Shown here one piece after another: positions 9,196 through 18,951 of a stretch of DNA of 64,000 nt (its first letter is position 1; every line of letters starts with the position of its first letter). The stretch is taken from positions 28,335 through 92,334 of the forward strand of contig DAOTWZ010000019.1 in assembly GCA_034435615.1 (NCBI GenBank), in the 5' to 3' direction. A program made the position numbers and the translations under genes. The DNA comes from Dehalococcoidia bacterium (GTDB lineage: Bacteria; Chloroflexota; Dehalococcoidia; SM23-28-2; HRBIN24). The notes under the pieces were generated by a model, which made no database searches, was not told the origin of the DNA, and saw only the letters and a program-made list of their open reading frames with translations.

Positions 9196-10122
9196 TCAGC
9201 CCCGCCCCTGGCGCCGCCCCCGAAGGAGAAGGACGCCCGCCACCAGGGCCGCCCCCAGGGCGGCCGTTCTGGCCACTATCGCCGTCCCCTCGTCCAGCAG
9301 GTGAGGGCGCAGGGGACGGCGAGTCTCCCCCAGGCGATAGTGGCCGGGCTTCTCCAGCTCCACGCCCAGGGCGCCGGCCATGGCCGCCATGGTCCAGCCT
9401 GCGTTGGGGCTCTCGGTGCGGCGGTGGTGGCGCCAGGCGGTGGCCAGGGCCCTCAGCGGCCGGCCGGAGGCCAGGGCCAGCAACAGGGCGGCGAGGCGGG
9501 CCGGCAGGAGGTTGGCCGCATCGTCCAGGCGGGCCGCCGCCTTGCCCAGCTCCTCGTAACGGCCGCGGTAGCCCCACATGGCGTCCATGGTGTTGATGGC
9601 ACGGTAGGCCAGGGCGCCCGGGGTGCCCAGGAGCAGGTAATAGAGCCAGGGGGCGAGGAAGGCGTCGGTGGTGTTCTCGGCCAGCGACTCCAGCCCCGCC
9701 GAGACCAGGCGAGGACCGTCCAGGACGGAGACGTCACGGCCCACCAGGCTGCGGGCCCGCCAGCGGGCGGCGGGGAGATCGTCCCTCTCCAGGGTCTGAC
9801 GCAGGGCCCGGGCCTCCCCCAGGAGGCCCCGCACGGCGAAGGTGCTCTTAAGAAGGGCCGCCTCCGCCAGGAATGCCAGCCAGGGGGAGCGACGCTCCAG
9901 CCCGGCCAGCCAGCCACTGGCCCGCCAGGCGAGGACGAGGGGCAGGGCCACCGCCACCGCCAGGCCGAAAAGGCGCTGCCGACGGCCATCCAGCCGCAGG
10001 CCCAGCCCCTCCAGAGGCGGCAGCGTCCTCCCCACCCAGGCGGTGGGATGCAGGGGCGTGGGCGGCTCGCCCAGGGCCACGTCCAGGGCCAGGGCGGTCA
10101 GGAAGAGGGCCAGGGGCCTCAT
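9196..10122 (-). CDS. cbiB: adenosylcobinamide-phosphate synthase (CbiB/CobD membrane protein)
   Basis: CbiB-type N-terminus LALDVALGEPP and multiple TM helices; first gene of the minus-strand cobalamin operon. Confidence 0.8.
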   Translation of the reverse strand: MRPLALFLTALALDVALGEPPTPLHPTAWVGRTLPPLEGLGLRLDGRRQRLFGLAVAVALPLVLAWRASGWLAGLERRSPWLAFLAEAALLKSTFAVRGLLGEARALRQTLERDDLPAARWRARSLVGRDVSVLDGPRLVSAGLESLAENTTDAFLAPWLYYLLLGTPGALAYRAINTMDAMWGYRGRYEELGKAAARLDDAANLLPARLAALLLALASGRPLRALATAWRHHRRTESPNAGWTMAAMAGALGVELEKPGHYRLGETRRPLRPHLLDEGTAIVARTAALGAALVAGVLLLRGRRQGRG

Positions 10123-10252
10123 CCGTCCGGGCATCGGGCCAGTTATACTCCTTCTCTTCGCCATTGTAACGGAGCAAGAGGACCAGGCCTCGCGGAGGAG
10201 GGCCATCGCGCCCTTTATTTCTCAAATCCTGCCATCGGTTCTTGACAAAGAC

Positions 10253-10272
10253 GTATGATATATATTTGATAC
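10253..10272. promoter_or_regulatory. 20-bp AT-only near-palindrome GTATGATATATATTTGATAC (16/20 self-complementary), candidate Fur-family operator, with a TTGACA -35 hexamer at 10242-10247
   Basis: Pure AT stretch in a 70% GC genome, 9 nt upstream of the Fur-family start and in the divergent cbiB promoter region; resembles the 7-1-7 Fur/PerR box architecture. Confidence 0.5.
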
Positions 10273-10280
10273 TTGAAGTC

Positions 10281-10733
10281 ATGGAGACCCCTCTGGACAG
10301 GGACAGCCTCATCCAGTTGATGCGTCGGCGGGGCATCCGCGTCACCGCTCAGCGGCTGGCGGTGTCGGCGGTGCTGGCCAGCACCAGGGAGCACCTCACC
10401 GCCCAGGAGATCTTCCAGCGGGTGCGGGAGCACTTCCCCCACATTACCATCGGCACCGTCTACAACACGCTGGAGACCCTCGCCCGGCACGGCCTCATCC
10501 AGCCGCTGGCCTTCCCGGAGGCGGTTCGCTACGACGCCAACACGACCCCCCATGCCAACCTGGTCTGCCTCCAGTGCGGCAACATAGAGGACGCGGCGGA
10601 CGACGAGGGGCTCCTCTCCCGCCTGCAGGAGCAGATAAAGGGACGCTTCGCCTTCCGCGTCCTCTCCCAGCGGATGGACTTCTACGGCCTCTGCTCCCGC
10701 TGCACCAGCGAGGCCGCCCTGGCCCCTCTCTAG
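10281..10733 (+). CDS. Fur family transcriptional regulator (ferric/zinc/peroxide uptake regulator family)
   Basis: 150 aa, winged-helix N-domain (TAQRLAVSAVL...HLTAQEI) and C-terminal CLQCG...CSRC structural zinc site; the canonical HHDH regulatory metal site is not obvious. Confidence 0.8.
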   Translation: METPLDRDSLIQLMRRRGIRVTAQRLAVSAVLASTREHLTAQEIFQRVREHFPHITIGTVYNTLETLARHGLIQPLAFPEAVRYDANTTPHANLVCLQCGNIEDAADDEGLLSRLQEQIKGRFAFRVLSQRMDFYGLCSRCTSEAALAPL

Positions 10734-10735
10734 GG

Positions 10736-11677
10736 CTACGATTCGGCTGTCAGGCTCAGCACCAGCTTGCCCCGCACGTGTCCCTCCTCGCTGATCTCGT
10801 GGGCGCGGGGCGCCTCCCGAAGGGGGAGCACCAGACTCACCACGGGCCGCACCGCCCCGGCGTCGATGAGCCGGGCCAGCTCCTGCAACTGCTGGCGGTC
10901 CGGCCGGACGACGATGCGCTCCGCCCGCACGCCGTACTCCTGCGCCTTGTCCAGGGGTGAGCGGCCCACGATGGTCACCAGGACGCCGCCGGGGCGGAGC
11001 ACCTGCCAGGAGCGCTCCAGCGTCTCCCCGCCCACGCAGTCCAGGACGACGTCCACGTCCCGCACCGCATCCTCGAAGGGAGTGGCGGTGTAGTCCACCA
11101 CCTCGTCGGCGCCCAGGCCGCGCAGGAACTCCACGTTGCGGCTGGAGGCGGTGCCGATGACGTGCGCCCCCTTCCACTTGGCTAGCTGGACGGCGAAATG
11201 CCCCACCCCTCCCGCCGCGGCGTGGACCAGCACCCGCTGGCCGGGCTGCAGTCCGGCCGTGTCGAAGAGGGCCTGCCAGGCCGTGAGGGCGGCCAGGGGG
11301 ACGGCGGCGGCGTGGACGTGGTCCAGGGAGCGAGGCTTGGGCGCCAGGTGCTCCTCCGGCGCCGTGGCGTACTCGGCGTAGCCGCCTCCCGGCTGGGGGA
11401 AGCGGATCAGACCGTAGACCTCGTCCCCCGGCCGCAGCGAGCCCACGCCCGGCCCCACCTCCTCCACCACCCCCGAGATGTCCCAGCCCAGCACCGCCGG
11501 GAACTCCTGAATGAGGCGGGCCACGCCCTCCCCCTTGCGCGTCTTCCAGTCCACTGGGTTGATGCCGGCGGCGTGGACTCGCACCAGGGCCTCCCCCTGG
11601 GCGGGCTGGGGGCGGGGGGCCTCACCGTAGACCAGCACCTCCGGCCCCCCGAACCTGTGCATCTGCACTGCCTTCAT
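10736..11677 (-). CDS. NADPH:quinone oxidoreductase / zinc-type alcohol dehydrogenase superfamily (MDR) protein
   Basis: GAAGGVGHFAVQLAK Rossmann motif and MDR N-terminal catalytic domain. Confidence 0.85.
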   Translation of the reverse strand: MKAVQMHRFGGPEVLVYGEAPRPQPAQGEALVRVHAAGINPVDWKTRKGEGVARLIQEFPAVLGWDISGVVEEVGPGVGSLRPGDEVYGLIRFPQPGGGYAEYATAPEEHLAPKPRSLDHVHAAAVPLAALTAWQALFDTAGLQPGQRVLVHAAAGGVGHFAVQLAKWKGAHVIGTASSRNVEFLRGLGADEVVDYTATPFEDAVRDVDVVLDCVGGETLERSWQVLRPGGVLVTIVGRSPLDKAQEYGVRAERIVVRPDRQQLQELARLIDAGAVRPVVSLVLPLREAPRAHEISEEGHVRGKLVLSLTAES

Positions 11678-11968
11678 CTGCGCCTCTCCCGTCGTGGAGT
11701 GCAGGCCCGGCGACCAGCCGGCGTCCACCCCCTGGCGCCTGCCTGCCCGGACTAGGATAGCAGCCCCACGGCCCGACAGCGCGCCGGCCAGCCCGGACGC
11801 CCGTTTTTTCTCTGTCTCCCCGAGCACTCCGGGCCCGGCAGGGAGATAAGCGTAGCAGGAGGGGGACTTCCGCACGTCAGGCCGTCGCAGGGCGGGAGCG
11901 GCGGTGGAAGTTTTTCAGTAGAGGCAGCCCCGGGCCTCTTGGCACAGGCTGGAGGAAGGAGTAATTTA

Positions 11969-11976
11969 TGTATAAT
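11969..11976 (+). promoter_or_regulatory. perfect TATAAT -10 hexamer with adjacent TG, 35 nt upstream of the ECF sigma ATG
   Basis: Sequence aTGTATAATc at 11968-11977 within an AT-rich patch; no good -35 hexamer at 17 bp. Confidence 0.4.
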
Positions 11977-12010
11977 CTCCAGCGACAGGGGCTGGGGGGA
12001 GGTGGGGAGA

Positions 12011-12574
12011 ATGGCTTCTTGGCCGCAGGAACAGGCAGCGGCGGACGACGCTGACCTCATAGTCCGCTGCGCCAGAGGGGACGCCCAGGCCTTCGGCGAG
12101 CTGTACGACAGATACGTCGACCAGGTCTACAGGCGGGCCTACTATTTCCTCCGCGACAGGGCCCAGGCGGAGGAGCTGAGCACGGAGACGTTCCTCCAGG
12201 CCTGGTCGGAGGCGCGGCGTCGCCCGCGGCGGGACGTCCCCGTCCTGCTGTGGCTCCTGGGCATCGCTCACCGCCTTCTGCTGGCCCGGCTCGGGGGCCC
12301 GGCCGGCGGTGCCCACCTTCCCGGGGGAGAGGAGGCCGTCGCTGCCGCACACCCCCCGGAACGGAACAGCCACCAGGAGGACGTCACCAGGGCCATCCTG
12401 CGGCTGCGGCCCCTGGAGCAGCAGGTGCTGCTCCTGCGCTTCGTGGACGGCCTGGGATACGAGGAGATAGCGCGCCTCCTGGGCCGGAAGCTTTCGGAGG
12501 TGCACTCCCTCCAGTACCGGGCGCTGGCCAACCTGAGCCGCATCCTCTCCTCCTCCATCTCCCGGCAGGAGTAG
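12011..12574 (+). CDS. ECF-type RNA polymerase sigma-70 factor
   Basis: Sigma-70 region 2 (LIVRCARGDAQAFGELYDRYVDQVYRRAYYFL) and region 4 (LLLRFVDGLGYEEIARLLGRKLSEVHSLQYRAL). Confidence 0.85.
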   Translation: MASWPQEQAAADDADLIVRCARGDAQAFGELYDRYVDQVYRRAYYFLRDRAQAEELSTETFLQAWSEARRRPRRDVPVLLWLLGIAHRLLLARLGGPAGGAHLPGGEEAVAAAHPPERNSHQEDVTRAILRLRPLEQQVLLLRFVDGLGYEEIARLLGRKLSEVHSLQYRALANLSRILSSSISRQE

Positions 12575-12586
12575 GGGCGGACCCGG

Positions 12587-13645
12587 TCAGCGGCCAGGGG
12601 TGAAGGCCTCGTTCCTGTCGCTGGCGGAGAGGCCGGGCGAGGTGCCGCCGGCCAGCACGTAGATAGTGTCGCCCACCGCCGCCGCCCCCAGGCCGTGGCG
12701 GGCCGTGGGCATGGGGGGCTGGCTGCTCCAGCGGTCGGTGGCGGGGTCGTAGGCCTCGTTCTCGTCGAAGGTGCCGGCGGGCTCCTCCCCGCCGAAGACG
12801 TATATGCGGCCTCCCACCACGGCGGCGGCGATGCCGCTACGGGGCGTGGGCAGGGGGCTGAGGCGTCGCCAGGTATCGGTGGCCGGGTCGTAGACCTCCG
12901 TCACGTCCACATTGCGCCCGAAGTCCAGGGCGACGCGGCCGCCGATGGCGTAGAGCTTGTCTCCCACCACCGCCACCGCCAGATGATCGCGCGCCACCTG
13001 CATGGCGGCCCGCCGCTCCCAGGTGTCGGTGGCCGGGTCGTAGACCTCGACGACGCCCACATTGGCGCCGCCAGCGGCGGTGACGCCCCCCACCGCGTGT
13101 ATCTTCCCGCCGATGACGCCCGCCCCCAGGCCTCCCCGCGCCGTGGGCATGGGTGCCCGGCGCGCCCAACGGTCCGTGGACGGGTCGTATTCGTAGACGC
13201 TGTTCACCGGGGCGAATCCACCTCCCCTGAAGCCGCCTATAACGTAGAGCTTCCCTCCCACCGCGACGGCGGCCACGTGGTGGAGGCTCTCCGGCAGGGG
13301 GGCGACGGCCTGCCAGGTATCGGCGGCCGGGTCGTAGACCTCCACGGTGCGGCCCACATCGCCGGCGGGGCCCATCCCACCGATGACGTAGATGCGGCCG
13401 TCCAGGGCCACCGCCGCCACCTCGCTGCGGGGGGTGGGGACGGGCGCCCTGATGCGCCAGGCCGGGGCAGCAGGGGCAACCGGGCTGGCGGGGACCAGCC
13501 GGGGCGTCTCCCCGGCCCTCGGGGAGGGGGAAGGGGCAGCACCCCCGCCGCAGGCCAGCCCCAGGGCGAGGAGGCCCAGGAGCCCCCACCAGAGGGCCCG
13601 CGGCGCCCGGGCGAGGCCGCTACAGCGCGGGCGGAGCGCTCCCAC
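12587..13645 (-). CDS. secreted Kelch-repeat beta-propeller protein (six blades), probable lipoprotein
   Basis: Signal peptide ending LALGLACGGG; six repeats of the xIYVIGG...YDPATDTW type. Confidence 0.8.
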   Translation of the reverse strand: MGALRPRCSGLARAPRALWWGLLGLLALGLACGGGAAPSPSPRAGETPRLVPASPVAPAAPAWRIRAPVPTPRSEVAAVALDGRIYVIGGMGPAGDVGRTVEVYDPAADTWQAVAPLPESLHHVAAVAVGGKLYVIGGFRGGGFAPVNSVYEYDPSTDRWARRAPMPTARGGLGAGVIGGKIHAVGGVTAAGGANVGVVEVYDPATDTWERRAAMQVARDHLAVAVVGDKLYAIGGRVALDFGRNVDVTEVYDPATDTWRRLSPLPTPRSGIAAAVVGGRIYVFGGEEPAGTFDENEAYDPATDRWSSQPPMPTARHGLGAAAVGDTIYVLAGGTSPGLSASDRNEAFTPGR

Positions 13646-13755
13646 GCCACCAGGGTAACCGGCGAGGCGACTGCCCGGCCAGCCCCGGGCCTTGTAGAGC
13701 GGGCAGTCCCTGTTCTACGCTGGGGCGGGACATCGCGCCGGAGGAGGACGCAGGC

Positions 13756-15420
13756 ATGAACGAGGAGCTGAGCGGTGGGCAGGTGATAGCGCGGCAGCTC
13801 GCCCTGGCGGGGATCGATACCTGCTTCGGCATCGTGGCGGGGCCCATGATCCCCGCCATGTACGCCCTGCGAAGGGAAGGGATACGTTTCATCGGCTGTC
13901 GACACGAGGAGCAGGCGGTCTTCATGGCCCAGGCCTGGGGCTATCTGACGGGGCGCCCCGGCGTGGTGATGACCGGCTCCGGGCCCGGCACCACCAACAC
14001 CGTCACCGGTCTGCTGGCCGCCCAGGCCAATGGCTGGCCGGTGGTGGTACTGGGGGGCTCCGGCCTGGCCCGGGAGCGGGGGCTGGGCAGCTTCCAGGAG
14101 ACGGACCAGGTGCGGGCGCTGGCCCCCTTCTGCAAGTGGGCGGTGGAGGTGGACAGCGTGGAGCGCATCCCTCAGTACCTCCACCTGGCCCTGGGGAAGG
14201 CCGTCAGCGGCCGGCCAGGGCCGGTCTACCTGGACTTCCCGGGCGAGCTGCCCGGGCAGCGAGTGGCGGCGGAGGCGGTGCGCTTCGTCCACCAGACGCC
14301 CAGGGTGACCAGGCCCCAGCCAGACGCCGCCGCCATAGAGGAGACGGCCCGCCTGCTGGCGGAGGCGGAGCGTCCCCTGGTCCTCATCGGCAAGGGGGCG
14401 GCCTGGGCCGGGGCCGGCCCCGCCCTGGAGCGCCTGGTGGGGCTGGGCCTCCCCTTCCTCGCCTCCCCCATGGGGCGGGGCGTCGTGCCCGACGACGACC
14501 CCAGAAACGTGGGCAGCGCCCGCTCCCTGGCCCTCCGCCAGGCCGACGTGGTGCTGATGATGGGCGGACGCTTCAACTGGATCTTCCATTACGGCCGGCC
14601 GCCCCGCTTCGCCGAGGGCGTGCGCATCGTCCAGGTGGACGTGGTGGCGGAGGAGCTGTACAGCGGCGCCCCGGTGGAGCTGGGCCTGGTGGCCGACTGC
14701 GCCGCCGCGGCGGAAGCGCTGCACGAGGCCCTCAGGGGGCGTCGCCTGCGCTGCCAGGATACGGGCTGGCTGGAGGGGCTGCGGCGCGAGGGCGAGCGGG
14801 GCCAGGCCCAGCTCGAGGAGCTGCTGCGCTCCGATGCCCGCCCCGTGAGCCCCTACCGCCTCTGGGGCGAGGTGCGGGACGTCCTCCCCCGCGAGGCGAC
14901 GGTGGTCATGGAAGGGGAGGTCATCATGGCGGTGGGCCGTCAGGTGCAGCCCGCCTACCGCCCCAAGCAGATCCTCAACGCCGGCACCTCCGCCTGCATG
15001 GGGACGGGGGTGCCCTACGCCATCGGCGCCAAGCTGGCCCGGCCGGAGGGGCCGGTGGTGGCGGTGCTGGGGGACTCCGCCTTCGGCTTCAGTGCCATGG
15101 AGGTGGAGACGGCCGCCCGCGTGGGGGCGCCGGTGGTCTTCGTCATCAGCAACAACCAGGGGGTGACGGGGAACCGGGGACGCACTCAGGCCCCCGCCTG
15201 GCCCCAGTTGCCGGAGGCCTCCGCCCTCCTGCCCGCCCGCTACGAGATGATGGCTGAGATGGTGGGGGGCTATGGCGTCTGCGTGGAGGAGCCGGAGAGG
15301 ATAAGGCCCGCCCTGGAGGCCGCCCTGGCCTCCGGCCGGCTGGCCATCGTCAACGTCATGACGGACCCCTCCTTCAGGAGCCCCCTGGCGGAGCGGGCCG
15401 GCCCCTCCATGATGTACTAG
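13756..15420 (+). CDS. thiamine pyrophosphate-dependent enzyme (acetolactate synthase large subunit / oxalyl-CoA decarboxylase / benzoylformate decarboxylase family)
   Basis: N-terminal TPP Pyr domain, central domain and C-terminal GDSAF...NN TPP-binding motif ([33 protein letters not shown]); GGAGGAGGA RBS. Confidence 0.85.
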   Translation: MNEELSGGQVIARQLALAGIDTCFGIVAGPMIPAMYALRREGIRFIGCRHEEQAVFMAQAWGYLTGRPGVVMTGSGPGTTNTVTGLLAAQANGWPVVVLGGSGLARERGLGSFQETDQVRALAPFCKWAVEVDSVERIPQYLHLALGKAVSGRPGPVYLDFPGELPGQRVAAEAVRFVHQTPRVTRPQPDAAAIEETARLLAEAERPLVLIGKGAAWAGAGPALERLVGLGLPFLASPMGRGVVPDDDPRNVGSARSLALRQADVVLMMGGRFNWIFHYGRPPRFAEGVRIVQVDVVAEELYSGAPVELGLVADCAAAAEALHEALRGRRLRCQDTGWLEGLRREGERGQAQLEELLRSDARPVSPYRLWGEVRDVLPREATVVMEGEVIMAVGRQVQPAYRPKQILNAGTSACMGTGVPYAIGAKLARPEGPVVAVLGDSAFGFSAMEVETAARVGAPVVFVISNNQGVTGNRGRTQAPAWPQLPEASALLPARYEMMAEMVGGYGVCVEEPERIRPALEAALASGRLAIVNVMTDPSFRSPLAERAGPSMMY

Positions 15421-17768
15421 ACTGCTGTCTCGGCCAGCAGCCGCTCCAGGGAGGCGGCCGGCATCGGCCGGGCGAAGAGGAAGCCCTGCCAGTAGTCGCA
15501 GCCGTGCCTGCGCAGCGAGGCTAGCTGCTCCGGCCGTTCCACCCCCTCCGCCACCACCCGCAGCCCCAGGCCGTGGGCCAGGCCGATGATGGTTGTGACG
15601 AAGGCCTCATCGGCGGGGTTGACCAGCAGCCCCTGGACGAAGGAGCGGTCTATCTTCACCGCGTCCACCGGGAGGCGCCTGAGATAGGTCAGGGAGCAGT
15701 AGCCGGTGCCGAAATCGTCCAACGCCACCTCCACCCCCATCGCCCTGAGGGAGCGCAGGGCGTCTATGGTGGCGTTGGGGTCTTCCAGCGCCGCCGTCTC
15801 CGTGATCTCCAGCATCAGGTGGCCGGGGCCCGGCCAGTCGTCCGCCAGCAGCCCCCTCAGGGCCTCCAGGCACGGCCCCTGGCGGAAGCTGCGGGTGGAG
15901 ACGTTCACCGCCACCTGGAGCGGGGGCAGGCCCTGGCGCCGCCAGCGCTGGGCCTGGCGGCAGGCGGCGGCCAGGGCCCAGGCGTCTATGTAGGGGACGA
16001 GGCCCCCCTCCTCCGCCAGACCTATGAAGGCGTCGGGGAAGAGGAGGCCCCGCTCCGGGTGCTGCCAGCGGACCAGCGCCTCCACCCCCACCACCTGGCC
16101 GGTGGCCACGCTCAGCACGGGCTGGTAGTGGAGGACCAGCTCGTCCCGCTCCAGGGCCCGCCTCAACTCCTGCTCCAGGGCCAGCCGCTCCAGGATGCGG
16201 GCCCGCATGGCGGCATCGTAGAAGCGGTAGGTGTCCCGGCCCTGCTCCTTGGCCTGGTGCATGGCCGTGTCGGCGCTGCGCAGCAGGGCATCGGCGTCCT
16301 GGCCGTCCAGAGGATAGAGGGCGATGCCGATGCTGGCCGTGACGCGGAACTCCTGTCCCCCCACCGACCAGGGCATGCGGAAGGTCTGCAGTATCTCCCG
16401 AGCCACTGCCTCCACGTCCCGCAGGGAGACGCCGAAGAGGACGAGGATGAACTCGTCGCCGCCGCCGCGGGCCACCGTGTCCCCCTCTCGGGCCAGGGAG
16501 ACGAGGGCCCTGGCCGCCGCGCGCAGCAGTTCGTCGCCCCCCTCGTGGCCCAGGGCGTCGTTGACCGTCTTGAAGCGGTCCAGGTCCAGGACGAGGACGG
16601 CCACTCTCTCCTGACTGCGGCGGGCCTGGGCCAGGGCCACGTTCAGGCGGTCGCGCAGGAGGGCACGGTTGGGCAGCCCTGTCAGCGGGTCGTGGTAGGA
16701 CAGGTGGCTTATGACCTGCTCCATGCGCCGCCGCTCCGTCACGTCCCGGACGACGGAGACGACGCCGAGGAGGCCCCGGGCGGGGTCATGCATGGTGGAG
16801 GCGCTCAGGTGGAGGACGCGCGGGCCGCCCCTCTCCGACCGATAATCCATCTCGTGGCCCTGCAATACCCCCGTGCGGGCCAGCTCCTGGGACGCCAGGG
16901 CGACCGCGATGGGCGCCGGAGGCGGCCTCCCCAGCATCTCCTCCTCGGAGAGGCCCAGGATCTCGGCGGCGGCCCGATTAGCCACCCGGACCAGGCCCTG
17001 GGCGTCCGTCACCAGGAGGCCATCGGCCATCGTCCTGATGATCTCCTCCGCTGCCAGGGCGGGCGTGATATCCACCAGGCGGTAGCGCCAGATGCTGCGG
17101 GCGGCCACCAGCACGCCGGCCAGGACCGCCACGAGGCCGAAGGGGTATACGGGGACGCCCAGGTCGGGCAGGTAATCCACGATGCCCAGGCTGCTCAGGC
17201 CGAAGGTGAGGAGGGTGGCCCGCAGCCGCAGCCGCCTCACGCCGGGAGGCGAACGACGGTACTCCTGCCAGCAGAGCCGCAGCCCGGCGGCTATGGGCAA
17301 AACGAAGAAGAGCAGGAAGGGCCAGATGAGCGGGCCGCTCCGCCCGTAGTAGCCCCAAGGGTAGCTATAGAGTCCGTCCACCAGCCAGTCCGTGGCCACA
17401 GCGAGGCCGCCGAAGAGGGCGGAGCCCAGAGCGCTCATCGCCACCCAGGGCCACCGCTCCCGCCACCTGTCCGTCCTGCTCACGGTGTAGAGGAGCGAGG
17501 TCGTCGGTATGAAGGCTACCCCGAACCAGACCGTCTTCGTCCAGACCAGGGCCAGCGCGGCGTCCTCGGTGGAGAAGGCCATCCCGTAGCCCAGGAGCCA
17601 GACGACCACGGGCAGGATGACGGAGAGGAAAGAGAGGCTCACCGGCGAGCGAGGCTCCCGCACCAGGACTATCGCCGCCAGGAGGAGGGCCAGTCCGCCC
17701 ACCAGGAAGCGGGGCAGGGCGTAGGGATTGAAGAAGTAGCTGTCCGGCGTAAAGAGATGGACGAGCAT
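15417..17768 (-). CDS. 7TM-PAS-GGDEF-EAL cyclic-di-GMP signalling protein (diguanylate cyclase / phosphodiesterase)
   Basis: N-terminal histidine-kinase-type 7TM region (YPWGYY), PAS, intact GGDEF, EAL with EALVRW and DDFGTGY motifs. Confidence 0.85.
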   Translation of the reverse strand: MLVHLFTPDSYFFNPYALPRFLVGGLALLLAAIVLVREPRSPVSLSFLSVILPVVVWLLGYGMAFSTEDAALALVWTKTVWFGVAFIPTTSLLYTVSRTDRWRERWPWVAMSALGSALFGGLAVATDWLVDGLYSYPWGYYGRSGPLIWPFLLFFVLPIAAGLRLCWQEYRRSPPGVRRLRLRATLLTFGLSSLGIVDYLPDLGVPVYPFGLVAVLAGVLVAARSIWRYRLVDITPALAAEEIIRTMADGLLVTDAQGLVRVANRAAAEILGLSEEEMLGRPPPAPIAVALASQELARTGVLQGHEMDYRSERGGPRVLHLSASTMHDPARGLLGVVSVVRDVTERRRMEQVISHLSYHDPLTGLPNRALLRDRLNVALAQARRSQERVAVLVLDLDRFKTVNDALGHEGGDELLRAAARALVSLAREGDTVARGGGDEFILVLFGVSLRDVEAVAREILQTFRMPWSVGGQEFRVTASIGIALYPLDGQDADALLRSADTAMHQAKEQGRDTYRFYDAAMRARILERLALEQELRRALERDELVLHYQPVLSVATGQVVGVEALVRWQHPERGLLFPDAFIGLAEEGGLVPYIDAWALAAACRQAQRWRRQGLPPLQVAVNVSTRSFRQGPCLEALRGLLADDWPGPGHLMLEITETAALEDPNATIDALRSLRAMGVEVALDDFGTGYCSLTYLRRLPVDAVKIDRSFVQGLLVNPADEAFVTTIIGLAHGLGLRVVAEGVERPEQLASLRRHGCDYWQGFLFARPMPAASLERLLAETAV

Positions 17769-17885
17769 GGCGGTTCGCCCTCCGGCGGGCCCGGGTTTCG
17801 GGAGCGAGGGATGCGGCCCCGCTCGCCGGCGAGGGCCAGGCCGACGGGCGTCCCCATTGAGGTAGACGCGAGGGAGGGGCAGCTG

Positions 17886-18788
17886 TTACTGGGCGGCCAG
17901 CAGCTCCCTCATCTGCTGGGCGTTGCGCACGGCGTAGTCGCGGAAGCAGTTGTTGAAGAGGACGTGCACCTCCTGGGCCTCCTGGGCCAGCTTCCTGACG
18001 CGGGGCACCCACTCCTCCAGCTCCTCCCGCTCGTAGAGGTAGTTGAAGCGCTCCGCCACCGTGGCCCCCTTGGCCTGCCAGGCGGTGGCGTTGCGACCGT
18101 GGAGGCGCACGACGCTCACCTCGGCCGTCGCCTCGGCCAGGGGAGGGACGCTGGAGACGAAGCCCTGGGGCTCGTCCACGCAGACCAGGGGCAGTCGGTG
18201 CTCCCGCAGGAAGCGGAGCACGGCGGCGCGGTCGCGCTCCTCGCCCAGCCAGCGCTCCTGCCGGAACTCGATGGCGGGCGTGTACTGGGGCAGCCGCTCC
18301 CGCAGCTCCTGTATGTAGCGTCGTGACTCCTTGCCGGGCAGGAACCAGGGCGGGAACTGGAAGAGGATGACCCCCAGCTTGCCGGCGCTGTCCAGGGGGA
18401 GGAGGGCGGCGGCGAACCTCTCCCACAGCTCGTCCCGCAGCTCCGGGGGGAGGTCACGGTAGTAGAGGCGCTCCTGCTCCCGCAGGCCGTGGGGCAGGGC
18501 ATCTCGCACGTCGCGGGGGAGGGCGCTGACGGGCGTGGGGTGGTGCGTGAAGAGGGAGAAGGCCTTGATATCGAAGCGAAAGTGGGGCGGCGTGCGCTCC
18601 ACCCACAGGCCGGCGTTGCGCTCGCTGGGGAGGGCGTAGTAGCTGCTGTCCACCTCCACTACGGGGAAGTGCTGGGCGTAGTAGCGGAGCCGCTCCTCCG
18701 GCGTGTTGACGCCGCGGGGATACCAGCCGCTCTCCAGCAGCGTCTTGTCCGTCCAGGAGCAGGTGCCGACCAGGACGGTGGCGCCCAT
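17886..18788 (-). CDS. DUF72 (YecE-like) family protein
   Basis: GTCSWTDK...FYALPS...VHVLFNN pattern typical of DUF72. Confidence 0.75.
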   Translation of the reverse strand: MGATVLVGTCSWTDKTLLESGWYPRGVNTPEERLRYYAQHFPVVEVDSSYYALPSERNAGLWVERTPPHFRFDIKAFSLFTHHPTPVSALPRDVRDALPHGLREQERLYYRDLPPELRDELWERFAAALLPLDSAGKLGVILFQFPPWFLPGKESRRYIQELRERLPQYTPAIEFRQERWLGEERDRAAVLRFLREHRLPLVCVDEPQGFVSSVPPLAEATAEVSVVRLHGRNATAWQAKGATVAERFNYLYEREELEEWVPRVRKLAQEAQEVHVLFNNCFRDYAVRNAQQMRELLAAQ

Positions 18789-18854
18789 CGGCTACCATTA
18801 TCGCGCCGGCGGGATGGCGTCCAGGCCGCCCCGCGGAGCGCCTCCGCCCCGCCG

Positions 18855-18884
18855 TTGACCTCCCGGTGGGGCGGTTGCTATCAT
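18855..18884 (+). promoter_or_regulatory. sigma70-like promoter (TTGACC, 18-bp spacer, TATCAT) for the F420-type oxidoreductase gene
   Basis: Hexamers read directly from the sequence; 67-nt leader to the ATG at 18952. Confidence 0.45.
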
Positions 18885-18951
18885 GAAGCGGACTTTTCTA
18901 GGGAGCTGTAGCCTCTCGCAGTTTTTAATCCCTTTGCAACGGGGGGGCCGC

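Noticed and set aside
10123-10280. Possible cobalamin riboswitch in the cbiB leader
   Set aside because: The leader is too short (about 120-160 nt, shared with a divergent gene) and has no recognisable B12-box core or conserved stem pattern. A covariance-model scan would be decisive, but by eye it is absent.
12587-13645. Calling the Kelch protein a definite lipoprotein
   Set aside because: LALGLAC places Leu at -2 and Gly at -3, which is not the canonical [LVI][ASTVI][GAS]C lipobox seen in the three Liv binding proteins (LAAC). It is secreted, but lipidation is uncertain.
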